Notes under the pieces: model-generated
What the model was told of the DNA's origin: nothing
Database searches by the model: none
Seen by the model: the letters and a program-made list of their open reading frames with translations, nothing else
From: Trichoplax sp. H2
Taxonomy: Eukaryota
Assembly (NCBI GenBank): GCA_003344405.1
Contig: NOWV01000107.1
Location: 62,001 to 126,000, forward strand
Length of the DNA stretch: 64,000 nucleotides
Direction of reading: 5' to 3'
Shown here: positions 1 to 20,222 of the stretch, in pieces
How positions within the stretch are numbered: position 1 is the first letter of the stretch
Layout: every line of letters begins with the position of its first letter
Position numbers and translations under genes: made by a program

Positions 1-289
1 TCATCGATACTGTCTAGTGAGATTGAACTTCATGTATAGCTGCATTGGTCATTAGCATTCGAAAGTACAACAGCTTTAGCAGTCTTTTACCTACTAAAGT
101 TGTTTGTTACCAACATCGACATGTTCAGTTAGAGTACAAGTGTATTAGCAGGCTTCTAGACCTGGTAGTATTGTTGGGAATATCAAATTGGTGAACAGTT
201 TTAATCCTTATATAGTAAAGCTTGCGAACGATCTTAGCTGTATAAACTTTCTAACCAATCCCTTTTCATCATTACAATGATATGATTAG

Positions 290-1011
290 AAATCCTTAGG
301 CAATATTTTAGCAAATACGGCATTATTACCCGGGCATCAATTGTATACGTAAGTATGGATTGGTTTAAATAACATACATAGGGCTTATTATTCTATGTAG
401 TGTACATAAAATTAAAGGCTCTTGCAATAACTTTAGATACTTTTAAAAGTATCTACAAATATGCTTATACCATAATTTAATTCTGTATTAAATACCTTGC
501 ATACCTAGTATCCATCGTACTGTAATATCTTGCATTCTATACCTCGTATAGAATACGATATAATGCACGCGTACTTTCAAGATATGCGATTTGCGAGTGA
601 GACTACTGTTTAACAATCTCGCTGTAGTAAATACAGCGTATTCTCTCATGTCGGAATCGTTCATTGTGCTACCTTATCGTATGCTAATACGTATTTTCAA
701 TCATATACCATAGGATAGAGATACTGGAAGATCGAGACGTTACGGATTTGTTGAATTTCGTTCAAGATCATCCGTACAGCAAGCGCTAACGGAGCAACCC
801 CATGTGATTGACGGAACAGAGGTAATTATGATGTTATTATGACAGTTAATTGTACGGCATACATTCATTTAAACTTATCGTAATAAATGTGTAATATAGA
901 TACCTAATAACACAGTATATGTTGATTTAGGCACTCGTAAAGGAAGTTTTGACACAGCCCCCGGAGCCAGCGCAGAAATCTGGTCTTGCTGATGAAGAGA
1001 AACAAATTTAA
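290..1011 (+). CDS. SLIRP: SLIRP-like single-RRM RNA-binding protein, 3' part (exons ~290-348, 714-821, 931-1011; first exon not located, probably upstream of the window)
   Basis: GT-AG exons translate to ILRQYFSKYGIITRASIVY|DRDTGRSRRYGFVEFRSRSSVQQALTEQPHVIDGTE|ALVKEVLTQPPEPAQKSGLADEEKQI*. Has the RNP1 motif (RYGFVEF), HVIDG and a short acidic tail as in SLIRP. Convergent with SNW1. Confidence 0.75.
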
Positions 1012-2341
1012 TTTATGTGCTTTTTGGGGAATATGTGAATGCTTCTATAGCCTATATTTATACAGTTATGTTTAAAAACTATCTATTTAAACTTAACATG
1101 GCTTAGCATTCACCTTACAATATACGACGTTTCGTATAATTGAAATAATGTAATATACAGTATTTCCACTCACGCGTTCTATGACTAGTTGCAAAATTGT
1201 ATATGGAAGCTACATGAAAATCAAAGAGTAACAAAAAATTTGTATTAAACAACTATGGCTTTTAATGTGCTAGCATCTGAAATTAGTTTTTACGCGTGTT
1301 TAAATTTTACGATTTATACTTTATGCAATGATATTAAAAGAATTAATATTATTTCGCATGCATATGCCATAATAAATCCTAAATTGCAGATACCGTTAGT
1401 GATTACATAGCACAGCGTATAAGATCTAAAGGTATTCGGAAACGAAATAGGACCACAATACTGTACAGATCGATTATCGTTGCAATGTATTTTCTCCACT
1501 ACAGTATAATCAGTAAAAGTATAGTAATTACACTCCGTATTAATTTTTGAGCTAAAAATTGATGTTCGTTACGTTCTTTGTAAACACTGCTACATCATCG
1601 AATTTAATATGGACTAATTACAGTACAGTATACGAGTATGTTCGATTGCAACACTGTCTATCAAAAGGAAATCATTTAACAAAGCGTCTAGCTTATTTTT
1701 GATTCCATACTGGTGCATCTTCTAGCCTCAGGCCTAGCATAAAGTATTCAATTCGTAGTAACATCGTGGTTGTATTTACAGTACCGTGTAGATATCACAT
1801 AAGAATTTTTCAGAATAACGTATGAAAATTATTCACTATCTGCAATATCTAGCGAACCTATAATTAACACAGACATTATCCAAGCCTATTATAACTTCAT
1901 ACCAGTCTTAAATAAATTGGTAGTGTTACATTTTAATTGGTGTATTCTCGTAAGCATTAATCAATCAAGTAATTACTGTATACTACATCAAGTCTACATG
2001 TACTGTACATGAGGAATTGCCGACAACGATCGTAATACACTTTATAGTAACTTAAAGCTCTCATACTAAAAGAATTGTAGATAAACAATCATTCATACTG
2101 TGAGGATATCCCTTAATAATGGGCCGTATTCGTAATCAAGTGCAAAGGGCTATCTTCATAACTTTCAATAAGTTAAACACACAAACACTACGCTCTCGTA
2201 ATATTGTCTTCGTAAGATTTTTAATGCGTATATTCTTGTTTACAGATCGGATCTAATATTGTTGTATTTAAGAAATTTCATACAGGTATTCCTGAATCAA
2301 AAGCACGATAAATACAAGGATTGATGGACTACATCAATTAC

Positions 2342-2360
2342 ATATATATATATATATATA
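2342..2360. repeat. (TA)n microsatellite just downstream of the SNW1 stop
   Basis: Run of about 9-10 AT dinucleotides. Confidence 0.9.
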
Positions 2361-2388
2361 AAAATTGAGCATTCTAAGAAAATGTAAG

Positions 2389-5300
2389 CTAGTTTTTGCT
2401 CTTTTTACTCCTACTGTCTTTCGAGTCTTCGGTGGGTCTTTTAGACTGTTTAGCTTCAGTCAAGAACTTGTCAAGACCAAATGGATCATCTTCATCCTTT
2501 TCAAATTGAACTGGACCATCACGTTGTAGATTATGATCTGTACCTTGGAATTCAGTATCAGCGGCAAACCTAAAACAGTATAATTATCAGGTTAACGTTT
2601 AAAGTCAAATATGTTAGGGAATTTAGTTATTAGTCAATAAGTATATACTGATATATTAAAAAAATTATCAACGATAAACAGCAATATCAACCGTTTCGTC
2701 TTGACCAGTGAATCCAGGTCATCACCATATATGTCTTTATCCAAATTTTTAGACGGTCTATAAATTGATGACGCGGAAGTTTTCTTCCAGGGTTTATCAT
2801 ACACATTGTAAGCATCATCTTCCGCAAAACCAGAGCCAACACCCTTTGAAAAGTAGTTTAGAAAGTTATCAATTTGTCCATGTCGAAAGATATAAAGTAT
2901 AGTCAAAAGATAATTATACAAAGGGTAATATTATCCGTACTTCTGCTTGGTTAAAGAGTCGCTGATCGTACATTCCTTCGTCAGATTTTACATTGGCGGG
3001 CATTCCAAGAGCAATTTTCTCACTAATATCTCGATCACGTTGCCTTTCTAATTTTGAACGTTTATCAGGAGCAGCTCTTGCAATTCTCCTATCTCGCTCA
3101 CGTTCTTTGTGTCTGTCGTGTCGTAACTGATCACGTTCTCGGGCATCCTCGCTAAAGTCTATGGCAAAGATTAATACATTTGTACGTTGTAAGAAAATTA
3201 TAATAGCTTTACAGATATCAGTAATAATTCTACCAGAATCTTGGGTTCGCAAGCCAATTCGTTCTTCACGTGCTTTCTGAGCTAGAAGTCTTAAACTTTC
3301 TTCTTTTCTTTCCTTTTCTTTCTGGGCTAATTTCTTTTCCATTTGGGCGCGAAGTTCAACAGATTCACGTGCTTTTCTGTCAGCTATATATAAGGCATCC
3401 GCCAGTTTAGAGAAATTTTCGTTAATTTTGACTTCTTGAGCACCTCGACCATCCGCTGCAAGTCGTTTGTCCAAAGGTATTGTGTAGCCCTATATTATTG
3501 GATAGGGTATACAGAAAATATTTGTACATTTTGTATTTACGAACGTAGGTGAAGCTTCACTTTCAACGCGAATGAAGCTGTAAAAACTCAGCGTATCGTA
3601 CCTTAGGATTTTTCCAGTTGGATATACACGGCGGAATTTTCCACTCTTGCTGCTCTTTAACGGTTACCTTGCGTGGCGGTGAATGCATAACAGGTGCAGG
3701 AGGGGATGGAGGACCTCGTGGAATCTTTTTGTTTGTTTTAAATTTGGGCGGATCTAAAGGATCTTTCTGCATTTCTACCATTCTAATTACTCTTTGTTTT
3801 GCGCCAGAATTATATGCAGGTCCTTGCTGAGCAGGTGTGTATCTGTCAGTATGGAATGAGATGCATTTTTATTTAGAAGGAACTATCATTTTAATTCTAC
3901 TATAATGTCCTGACACCTATTACTGTACGAGTATACTCAATGATTACAAAAATCTATGCAAATCTATGAAGGGCAACTAACCGAATGTATTGTGCAGGGG
4001 CCTGTTTTTCAGCAGGCCTGGCAGGCATTGCTGCAGAAACTTTGGTCTGTATGATCTTTTCCAATGCTTCTCGTGTTTTCTGAGTCGTCTACGTAAATAG
4101 ATATTTGAAAAGTAAATAATGAATCCCTCTTCATCAATCTCTTAATTTTATGCAAAGCAGTAATTGATATTTATGATGTATAACTAGCAAATTTAGCACT
4201 ACCTCTTCAATTTCTTCTTCATCTGGCATCGATAAAGACGGATCTTCCTGTTTTAAGTGTAATGGAATTAAATCGCGAAATTCTGAAAAGACAACCTTGT
4301 CTTTACTTTGTCCTTGCTTGATAATTGAATCATACTTGACACGACCTTCGGCATCAACTTGCATTGCTAAAGCGTTCCCAGTAGCCTAGAGTATATGTAT
4401 ATGCGTATATGTAATCGTATAAAGGGCGTTTGTTAAAAATCTGTGTGATTTATTCAGATTTCTGGTATAGATTATAGTACATCGAGGTAACTATCAGCAG
4501 TAATGTATTTTTTCCGATAATTAATTTAAATCGTAATGTATATAAGCCCTGGTCTAACCTTCTTGCGTCCCATGTTTAAAGGATACCTAAAATCCAGCAA
4601 ACAAATATACATAGTGAGTTTGTTAAAAAAGTGATGTCAGATTTAATGGAAACAGAAAATTACACTGATTTCATTTGATATTTCATCTATAGAATATGAA
4701 TAAAGTTACTTTCAGAACGATGAGCAGTAAATTGTTGTATTCGTATAACCCTAGCCGGTAGAATGTCACTCCGATATACGTATACATACAGTACTAGTTG
4801 TCATACAGCAGATGTACCACACTAGTTACAAGCAAAACGAAAGCAATACTAATAGTTGTTTTTATTTCCGAAATATATCAATCGCACTGCACTCACTGCG
4901 CCACATGAATTTCAGGAAAAGCTCCTCCGCTGCCGAAATCCTAGGGGTAAAAGAATATGTAGTTGATATTAGGAATAAAATATAAATTTAGCATTACAAA
5001 GTTTTAACGCTGATAAGCATTTAACCCTTTTTAAGTGATATTTTGCGATTAAAGTTTAAAACTGGTGTAGATGCACCCCTTTATATGCTCTTGCTTAAGT
5101 ATCCTGAAATGTTTACTATGAATACAATACTTATAAATATGATAACGGTTGGGTATGCATGCGGGAGCTTGTGTTGATTATTTCGCACTATGCCAGATTA
5201 CCTCTGTTTATGAATAAAATCTGATAACTACTGGATTGAAGTACGACTCTGACGTAACCATTCTGCTCGCAACAGATACAGTATGTCTATGTAGCTGTCC

Positions 5301-6735
5301 ATAAGAAATGAGATGGACGACTACTTTTACAAGTTTAAACCAATTTTAATAACAAATCGTTGTCATTGCATTTAAAATAATTTACAGCAAGCTTGTAAAA
5401 CCGCATAAATGAGTTGCACAACTTGTAATACCTTTGGAATATGCTACTTTACAAAATTACTGTATCTCTGGGACTATTACTATTTTGTACCATCATCTTC
5501 CACATATTACATACTTTGATTGTAAAAAAAGTAATTTTATTAATTTGCCAGAAGGCAAGCTGCACTCCAATACGTAAATCTACAGTGTCGCCAACAACTA
5601 CAGTATTCAATCACTACGAATTGTAGTGCCAACATTACACACTTTATAGTGATCAAGTTATTACTATGTAGTGGCCCTTTAATACTTTAATCCATTATTC
5701 ATTACACATTGAAGGCTGCGATAAACCTCAATAGCTTGCTAATAAGTGATTTAGAAGAAGACGATACAAAAGTATATCAATACCTCAAGAGATCTTGGTA
5801 CCCAGCCTTTCCGATGGCCGTAAGGTGGCGGTTCCTTGGTTGATTTCTTCTTTGAGACTAACTGTTTGATAATTAAGTAAATAAGTGGGTAATATCTTTA
5901 GCTTCAATCAACAAAATTGGTTTACATGTCTAGCACTGACAAAGGTTATCATGGCAAACACTTTATATCCATTTTGGTGAGTGTAGGAAGTAATTAGCAA
6001 GATTGATACTGAAAATCTGACTAACTTTAGTTATGATTAATACTGCACTATAATTATGTCACAATCCAAGATTTTATGTCTACCATTATGCATTCATAAT
6101 TCTAATTAGCTAAGAAAGGGTGACCCCAATAGTCCAAAATTTGATTCATTACAACTGCTAAGGTAATATCCGTTGGGTAAGGTATAAAAATGAGTGCGTA
6201 TAACCTGATAAAAATGCCACGAAGTCTTAGTATTAATAATATTTTAGCAGAAGGGGATTACAGTCATAACTTGATCAATCAGTTACACGCAAAAACTGGC
6301 CTATTCAGGTATACAAGTATAGTAGATGTATGGTGATCCATGTTGACGAAGGATTGAATAAACCAAATAGTAAATGCAAACCGGTCATACTTTTGATACA
6401 TCCTTACTGTCTCTATCACTGAAGTAACTGCAAATAATCATGATTATCTTACCTCCGAATGCGGAAATGGCTTATCAGACTCATCTTCTGCTATTGATCG
6501 AGATTGGGTAGGTGCCGGTAATAGCCTAAAAAGGAAACGTATTCAAATTATACATACTGCTATATATCACTGATTTCCATCTATTTTCACGCTACGGTAC
6601 ATTGATCAAAGAATATGGCAGTAAGTTCTGTCTCCTTGTGATGTAAATTACGATAGAATTGAAAATACTGTAAGATCGTTGGAATTTTTATTCTTTTCAA
6701 TTACTTCTATCGAAGGCTAACCTAGCTAACGACAT
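2389..6735 (-). CDS. SNW1: SNW domain-containing protein 1 (SKIP/Prp45). 12 exons: 6735-6722, 6525-6453, 5861-5784, 4940-4897, 4586-4559, 4385-4203, 4088-3982, 3842-3602, 3489-3234, 3158-2941, 2843-2692, 2569-2389
   Basis: Phase-consistent GT-AG exons give MSLARLLPAPTQ...EPPPYGHRKGWVPR...DFGSGGAFPEIHVAQYP...PPSPPAPVMHSPPRK...[30 protein letters not shown]...GPVQFEKDEDDPFGLDKFL, the hallmark SNW motifs. Confidence 0.97.
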
Positions 6736-7178
6736 ATTGATTAATGGACGTCGCCAGTAGTCTTTTCTATAATTGATAGTGTTGTTTTCAACAAGAAATG
6801 GCGTAAAAGCTGCAAATCCACTCGGCGTCGCAGTTCTCCGTCCAGTAGTGACGGTTTCTCGTTCAGTATGGTCTAAGGGGATGAGTTAAGCTCTTGTATA
6901 ATTTACTATAATGTACGACCTAGTGTATACGTCTATATTTGTTCAGTGTTCAGTAGACGAATGGGCAGTGTATTTATAGCATATACTGTACTGTACAGTG
7001 TACATGTATTGTAGCGTACTGTATATGCTGGGCAATTGACGATCAACATGGTTGTGTTCTATCGCATATGCTTTACTATAAAGTACAGACTAGTGTATGC
7101 GTATACTGTGCGAGTATACCGCGCATGTGCAGTGATGGACAGCACGGTAAAACGTACCTGTACTGTACTGTATATTGC

Positions 7179-7656
7179 AAGGTCTATAAAAATGCCATCT
7201 CTCCGAAATCTGTGGAGTCTGACTGACTGCGCATGTGCAAAGATGTACAGTGAGGGACTGAAGGTCTATAAAAATGCCATATCTCTCTTCGAAATCTGAT
7301 GAGTCTGACTGAGTTTCAGTGATGGCGTATAGGACAATAACTAAAAAAACAGTCAGCCTCATCATTATTTTGCACCAAATTCCCGTTTCTAGTCCCTCTC
7401 TCAACTTTTCAGTGTATAACATACTGTATAGTGAAGGTCTATAAAAATGCCATCTCTCCGAAATCTGTGGAGTCTGACTGACTGCGCATGTGCAGCGATA
7501 TACAGTGAAGGTCTATAAAAATGCCATATCTCTCTTCGAAATCGGATGAGTCTGACTGAGTTTCAGTGATGGCGTATAGTAGAATGACTAGAAAAACAGT
7601 CAGCCTCATCATTATTTTGCTCCAAATTCCCGTTTCTAGTCCCTCTCTCAACTTTC
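7179..7656. repeat. Higher-order tandem duplication (A-B-A-B, period ~250 bp) upstream of SNW1
   Basis: AAGGTCTATAAAAATGCCAT recurs at 7179, 7261, 7434 and 7508. 7179-7408 is nearly identical to 7434-7656. Confidence 0.95.
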
Positions 7657-9501
7657 CTATTATTATAACTTACAAGAAAGCAAGAAACTCTCTCTCTCTC
7701 TCTGCTTTTAGTACTATAGTTCCTCGGTCGAACCACTTGTACTGTACTATAAAATGTCGACCGTCCTATTTTTTGGCCAGTTCAGTAACGTTCATGCTAT
7801 TAGCGAAGTATGGCTGGACGGAGGGACACCTCATTCGTATGCGTTGTTACTCTGCACTACCGATGCTCGATTTTGTAATGACTTATTTTTTCTAAATTAA
7901 GTAATAATATTACATTGAATTTTATTCCTTTTACTAAATCCTGCTCCACAGCATAATGTCATAAATGTTTTAAATTGGTAAGAATGGTTTAGAAAGAGAT
8001 ACAGAAGATCCATACTACGCAACTATTTCATCAATTTTTCAGACATTTTTGGTCTTTCTCAGCTGGGGGGATAGTACAGGTACATTTTGTGCCAGGTATT
8101 ATAGGCATATTTCCAAGTTATCTTCAATTAAAGACTCTACGCGTCTACCTGTTTTGCGGTACATGCCATTTTGATGTTTGCTATTCTACTCCATGGAAGG
8201 AATGATATTAGACCTTATGCCGAATTATATTTTAGCAATAAGCGTGATGTAGTAATTACCTGTTGAGCGCAGTTATCAGTACGAAATACTCGTGTTGTAT
8301 ACGGATATACTCGTATACAACATACAGTACTGTAGAGTATAGAGTATAGAACATGTACTATAGTGTCAATTAATTAAAAGAAGTATCAAATTACTTATAG
8401 CGAACATTTCTCAACATTCGTGTGCATTCTACTGATTTATACTGTTAAAATATAAAAAAAAGAATTGAAAATTAATTTGCACCTAATGTCTACATTATCA
8501 TAACATATCTGGTTTGTTTGGCCCACGAATGTATTGTACTAGAAGTGAGCAATTTTTGCTTCAGTTTTATCGAGTTAGTAAAGATGGTGGTTTACATATA
8601 CACGGTATAAGTATCAATGTGGATGAAATAGATATTAAATCCAACAATATTTTATTGCATTGAAAAAATATTCGCCGTGGATAGATGTCACAATCTTATT
8701 TAATACAAAAATCGAATTTAAATTTAAATTTAAAATTGATTTCGATCGAACGGAGTGAATTAATTCTATGAATGGTAGTGTGGCATAGACATAGGCAATA
8801 CTGTAATCATCATGACATTAAACTACTGTATTACTGCCACAGTTTCTTGTTCCTGTCAAATAAAACGACAAATAGATTCAGGCTAAGAAATTACAATTGC
8901 GTATTTACCGTACAATAGATCGTCCACGATTATCAATCACAGAAGATACAACTTTCTCATGATTCTACTGTAATTAAGTGTAAACATAAATTTCTTTTAT
9001 TGATTTCAATATTTCGCGAGTATAAATGGTAAGAAATGCTTCATAGTGGTTGTATAGGTAATCTTGCTAGAAAATAATTTTATCATGATAGCTATCTGAT
9101 GGCTATCTATCTAGAGATTGACTGTTTTGATTAAGTCATACTCTCCATTTTTGTTAAGGTATGCGTAGATTCCTCTATAAACAGTAGCCATCGCATCATG
9201 GTCAGCGTTATTACGTAGAATGAGGCATAATCAAATAAAACAAATCGGATAAAGTTATAAAAGGAAAACTATGTTAGACAATCTAATCGATTGTTGTTAT
9301 ACGAAAGCAGACAGAATGAGTGATGGTCATTCGAACATAGAATTAATAAAGTTCGGTCAAATTTTATATTACTGAGCACAATGATAACTGTAGTCATAAC
9401 ACAACAATTTTGACAATTGATATAAAATTCGGATTTGGCCAATTTATTTTATAAAGAATCAAATATAAATAAGGGTTTATTATAAAAAATTACTGACATG
9501 G

Positions 9502-16954
<7,453 letters not shown>

Positions 16955-19900
16955 TTATAATCAACTTACTCTTTTTTTTCAACTAATTCTCATACCTTGA
17001 AAGCAAGAAAGCGACATGAGTAAGCCTCTGAATCAAGCTAAAATGATCAGTGATATTTCCATTGACTTATAATAGGAATATAAGTGTAAAAAATAAATAG
17101 GGGGAAATACATCATATCGATTGACGGTTGTACAAAGATAATATCATCGGTTATCCTGCAATGGAAGGTTGGAAAATTATGGAAATAGTTGTTATGTTAC
17201 CTTATAATTTAAGTTCCGTGAAATCATTTTGTTTTTCCTGTTTCAGCCAATTGTATGCTATAAATCGATTTCCAAACGATGTCAAGGTTGAGGTTAAAAA
17301 TTCGATTTATCTTTTCTCTACTACAGATAAAGCTTACTAGTATAGTATTATTCGAAATTATGAAAACGTCGAGAGTATAAAATTAGATGACGGCATTAAC
17401 TGCGTCATTACAATCCTCTTTAAAAAAACTACAAAATGAATTATGATGACGGTTTCCTACGATATAGTCTGTATTGTAAGGAGTACATTTGGTTATTATT
17501 ATTATTCTAATGAATTGTCTTTTATAGGCTGATTAACATTTTACTCATGCATTTATTTCAACTAAACTACAATTTTAAATTATTACTTAAAGGTTGGCAT
17601 TATGCAATTGTATTGTGTCCTTTTGGATGAGAATAATAATTTGATGAATCATTAACCGATTGGACTGAAATGACCGTTAACCAATCACGTTACCAAGTTC
17701 ACTTGCTATTTATATACAATCATGCATCTATTCTGTATTCCCGACCTGTCAATAACAATGTTGTCTTGTTTTACATATGGTGGAATGGGTAGCTATTGTA
17801 GCTTTGATGTCTTGTGCTAACTAATTTCCCTAGCAGCAAGTCACAGTTGTATCATCAATTGTCTCTTTCATGTTCACTATAATAAGTAAGTCATTATTTA
17901 GCGGATTAGGGACAATCTATTGCTTGAAATACCATTAGCTAATAGTAGTGCTTAACCAAGCTATCAATCCTGTTATTCCCGTACTCTTTGTATAGTATTT
18001 AATCCACGCATGTGAAAAATTGTACAGGTGATGTATTGTCGATAATTCCTTGAATTCCTATCTAATGCTGACTCACTGGTCTAATACTTGATCATGGAAA
18101 TGTATTTGTAAACATGATAAACCAGCTTATCATTTATATCTACAAGTATTTCTTTTCCTTATCTGTTATACACTATAATACAAGTAGTTATAATTTTCAT
18201 CTATTCAGCGCCAAGTCGGTCAAATGAGAGTAATAATGCATCAGTTTAATAGAATAGATTAAATTGAATAAGTACAATATCATGAAGGCGTTATTATACT
18301 TTCTTATTCTTCTGATGCTGTGATTCGAGTCGTATGGAATTGGTCATGATATAGAAAATTTTCAATATCAATAGATAAGGCTATTTTTGTTAGAATAGCT
18401 GAATAAGTAATGATAGTTGGTTACCTCGTTAATATAAATAGGATATAGATGTTCTTTCGATCATCAATATGGAGACATTTGGTAAAGAATTCGTGAGGGA
18501 ATGATTTACTTATTTTATTATAACAGTAGGATGCGAAGTATTGATTGTGGGATAAGCATAAATATAATTAGAGTATGGTTAAGATATTATGTACATAAAT
18601 ATTGCTAGAGATTGCAAAACTAGATTTTCTTCATCGATATTGATCCTATTAAGTGTTAGTTATTTATATTTTGCATTCATATCAATAGCTTGTATGAATT
18701 TTACGAATTATATTAGTGGAGAAAATGGTACAATGTTTAAGTAGTAGCTAAGTCAGTTTCGCATTTCCTCTCTTTTCGATCAGTGTTTGAAACATTTCTT
18801 GACTATGCTAAGAAGGTTATTAGGGATTACTAGGATTGGGATGGAATATGCAACGTAGTGTAGTTTAATAAAACGACATTTATGTAATTGCATATCTCGA
18901 GCTCTTAAATGCGAAAAGCGTAAATTTTTAGACATTGATGCAGAATTATGATGGACAATAAAAATCACATGGAGCTATGCAGCTCTTAGAGCACAAAGTG
19001 GTGAGTTTATTCGTACATATATGAGATAAAACCATATTTGACTGACAGAATAAAACTAGTATACAGCAATTTATAGTGAACTCAAATGGGAAAAATAGCT
19101 AATACATATGAGGATATATGAATTGCTGTGATAGTTATTGATAAAATGATGTCGTTATAGCTTTCAAATTATAGGTCCCAACTTATTGGTAGTATAGTCG
19201 TGTTCATTTTTCTGATTAGTAGTTGCATTTGTACGGGTAAATTATAAATGAAGCACAATATTATACAAATGTACCTTTCTATATGTATAGGTTGATGTGT
19301 ATCGAGTATTGCAATAAGTTTTATGTTTATGTTGCACTGTTATCTTGCTATTTTAATTCGCACATAAAATTCTTGTTCTCGCACAGAATCAGGATTTGTC
19401 ATTGACACTTTCAGCTATCTTCTTTACTCATTACTAGCTTTCAATATTAACAATACAGGATACTGTCTGAGCAGGGAATACACATACTGAAGGATTAATT
19501 ATATCGTCGCACTGATTATATTTGAACCGATAATTGTACCAGTATGGTTACAAATTTTATTGGATATCGGAAATCGTTTGATGTTAACCAACTATTGACT
19601 CATTGATTCAAACTTAATCTGAAATAGTGTATACTAACGACAAACTGATACAAAAAGCAACTTAATAACTTGCGATACTTATAGTAAATCTTTCCTTAAT
19701 AAAAGCAAACTGTTTTGCTCTTAGAAATATATTTCATACTTCTAAATTGATGCGACTCCGTATAACTTTGATACCATAACTCAAGATCGGTAATAATAGA
19801 GTATGAAGTATGATTTAAACCGTACATCGATTCAAGTACTGAATTTTAAACATTTTGCATACCGCTGAACAATAAAATATCAGACAAAAATTACTAATCG

Positions 19901-20222
19901 TAATTCGCAAAACCAATCAGCAATCGTTTGCTAATTTTATTCATATTTTATCTGGTTAAGACGATTACGGATCATGTAATAACAATGACTATTTAACATT
20001 TACTTGTATAGATTAGTCAGAATTGTGTATATTCATCGAAGAAACAAACATACACTTTTATATACACTAAAACGTAAGTATTTAGCAAAACTTGTAGACT
20101 TTAATCGAAAATGGAAATGAAAGCCACGCCAGGATTAATGAAAACTGACTTCATTGACCAGATTGACTAGTTTTTCATATAATAAATAGATTTAACAGAT
20201 TTATTTATACATTAAAAAATTC

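Noticed and set aside
4630-4690. Possible intronic C/D snoRNA in SNW1
   Set aside because: Imperfect C box, and no terminal stem or recognisable guide sequence.
7566-7895. ORF containing the G-patch-like MLLAKYGWTEG, plus possible small + strand exons at ~7952-7977 and ~8043-8079
   Set aside because: No GLG continuation and no coherent spliced product; partly overlaps the repeat.
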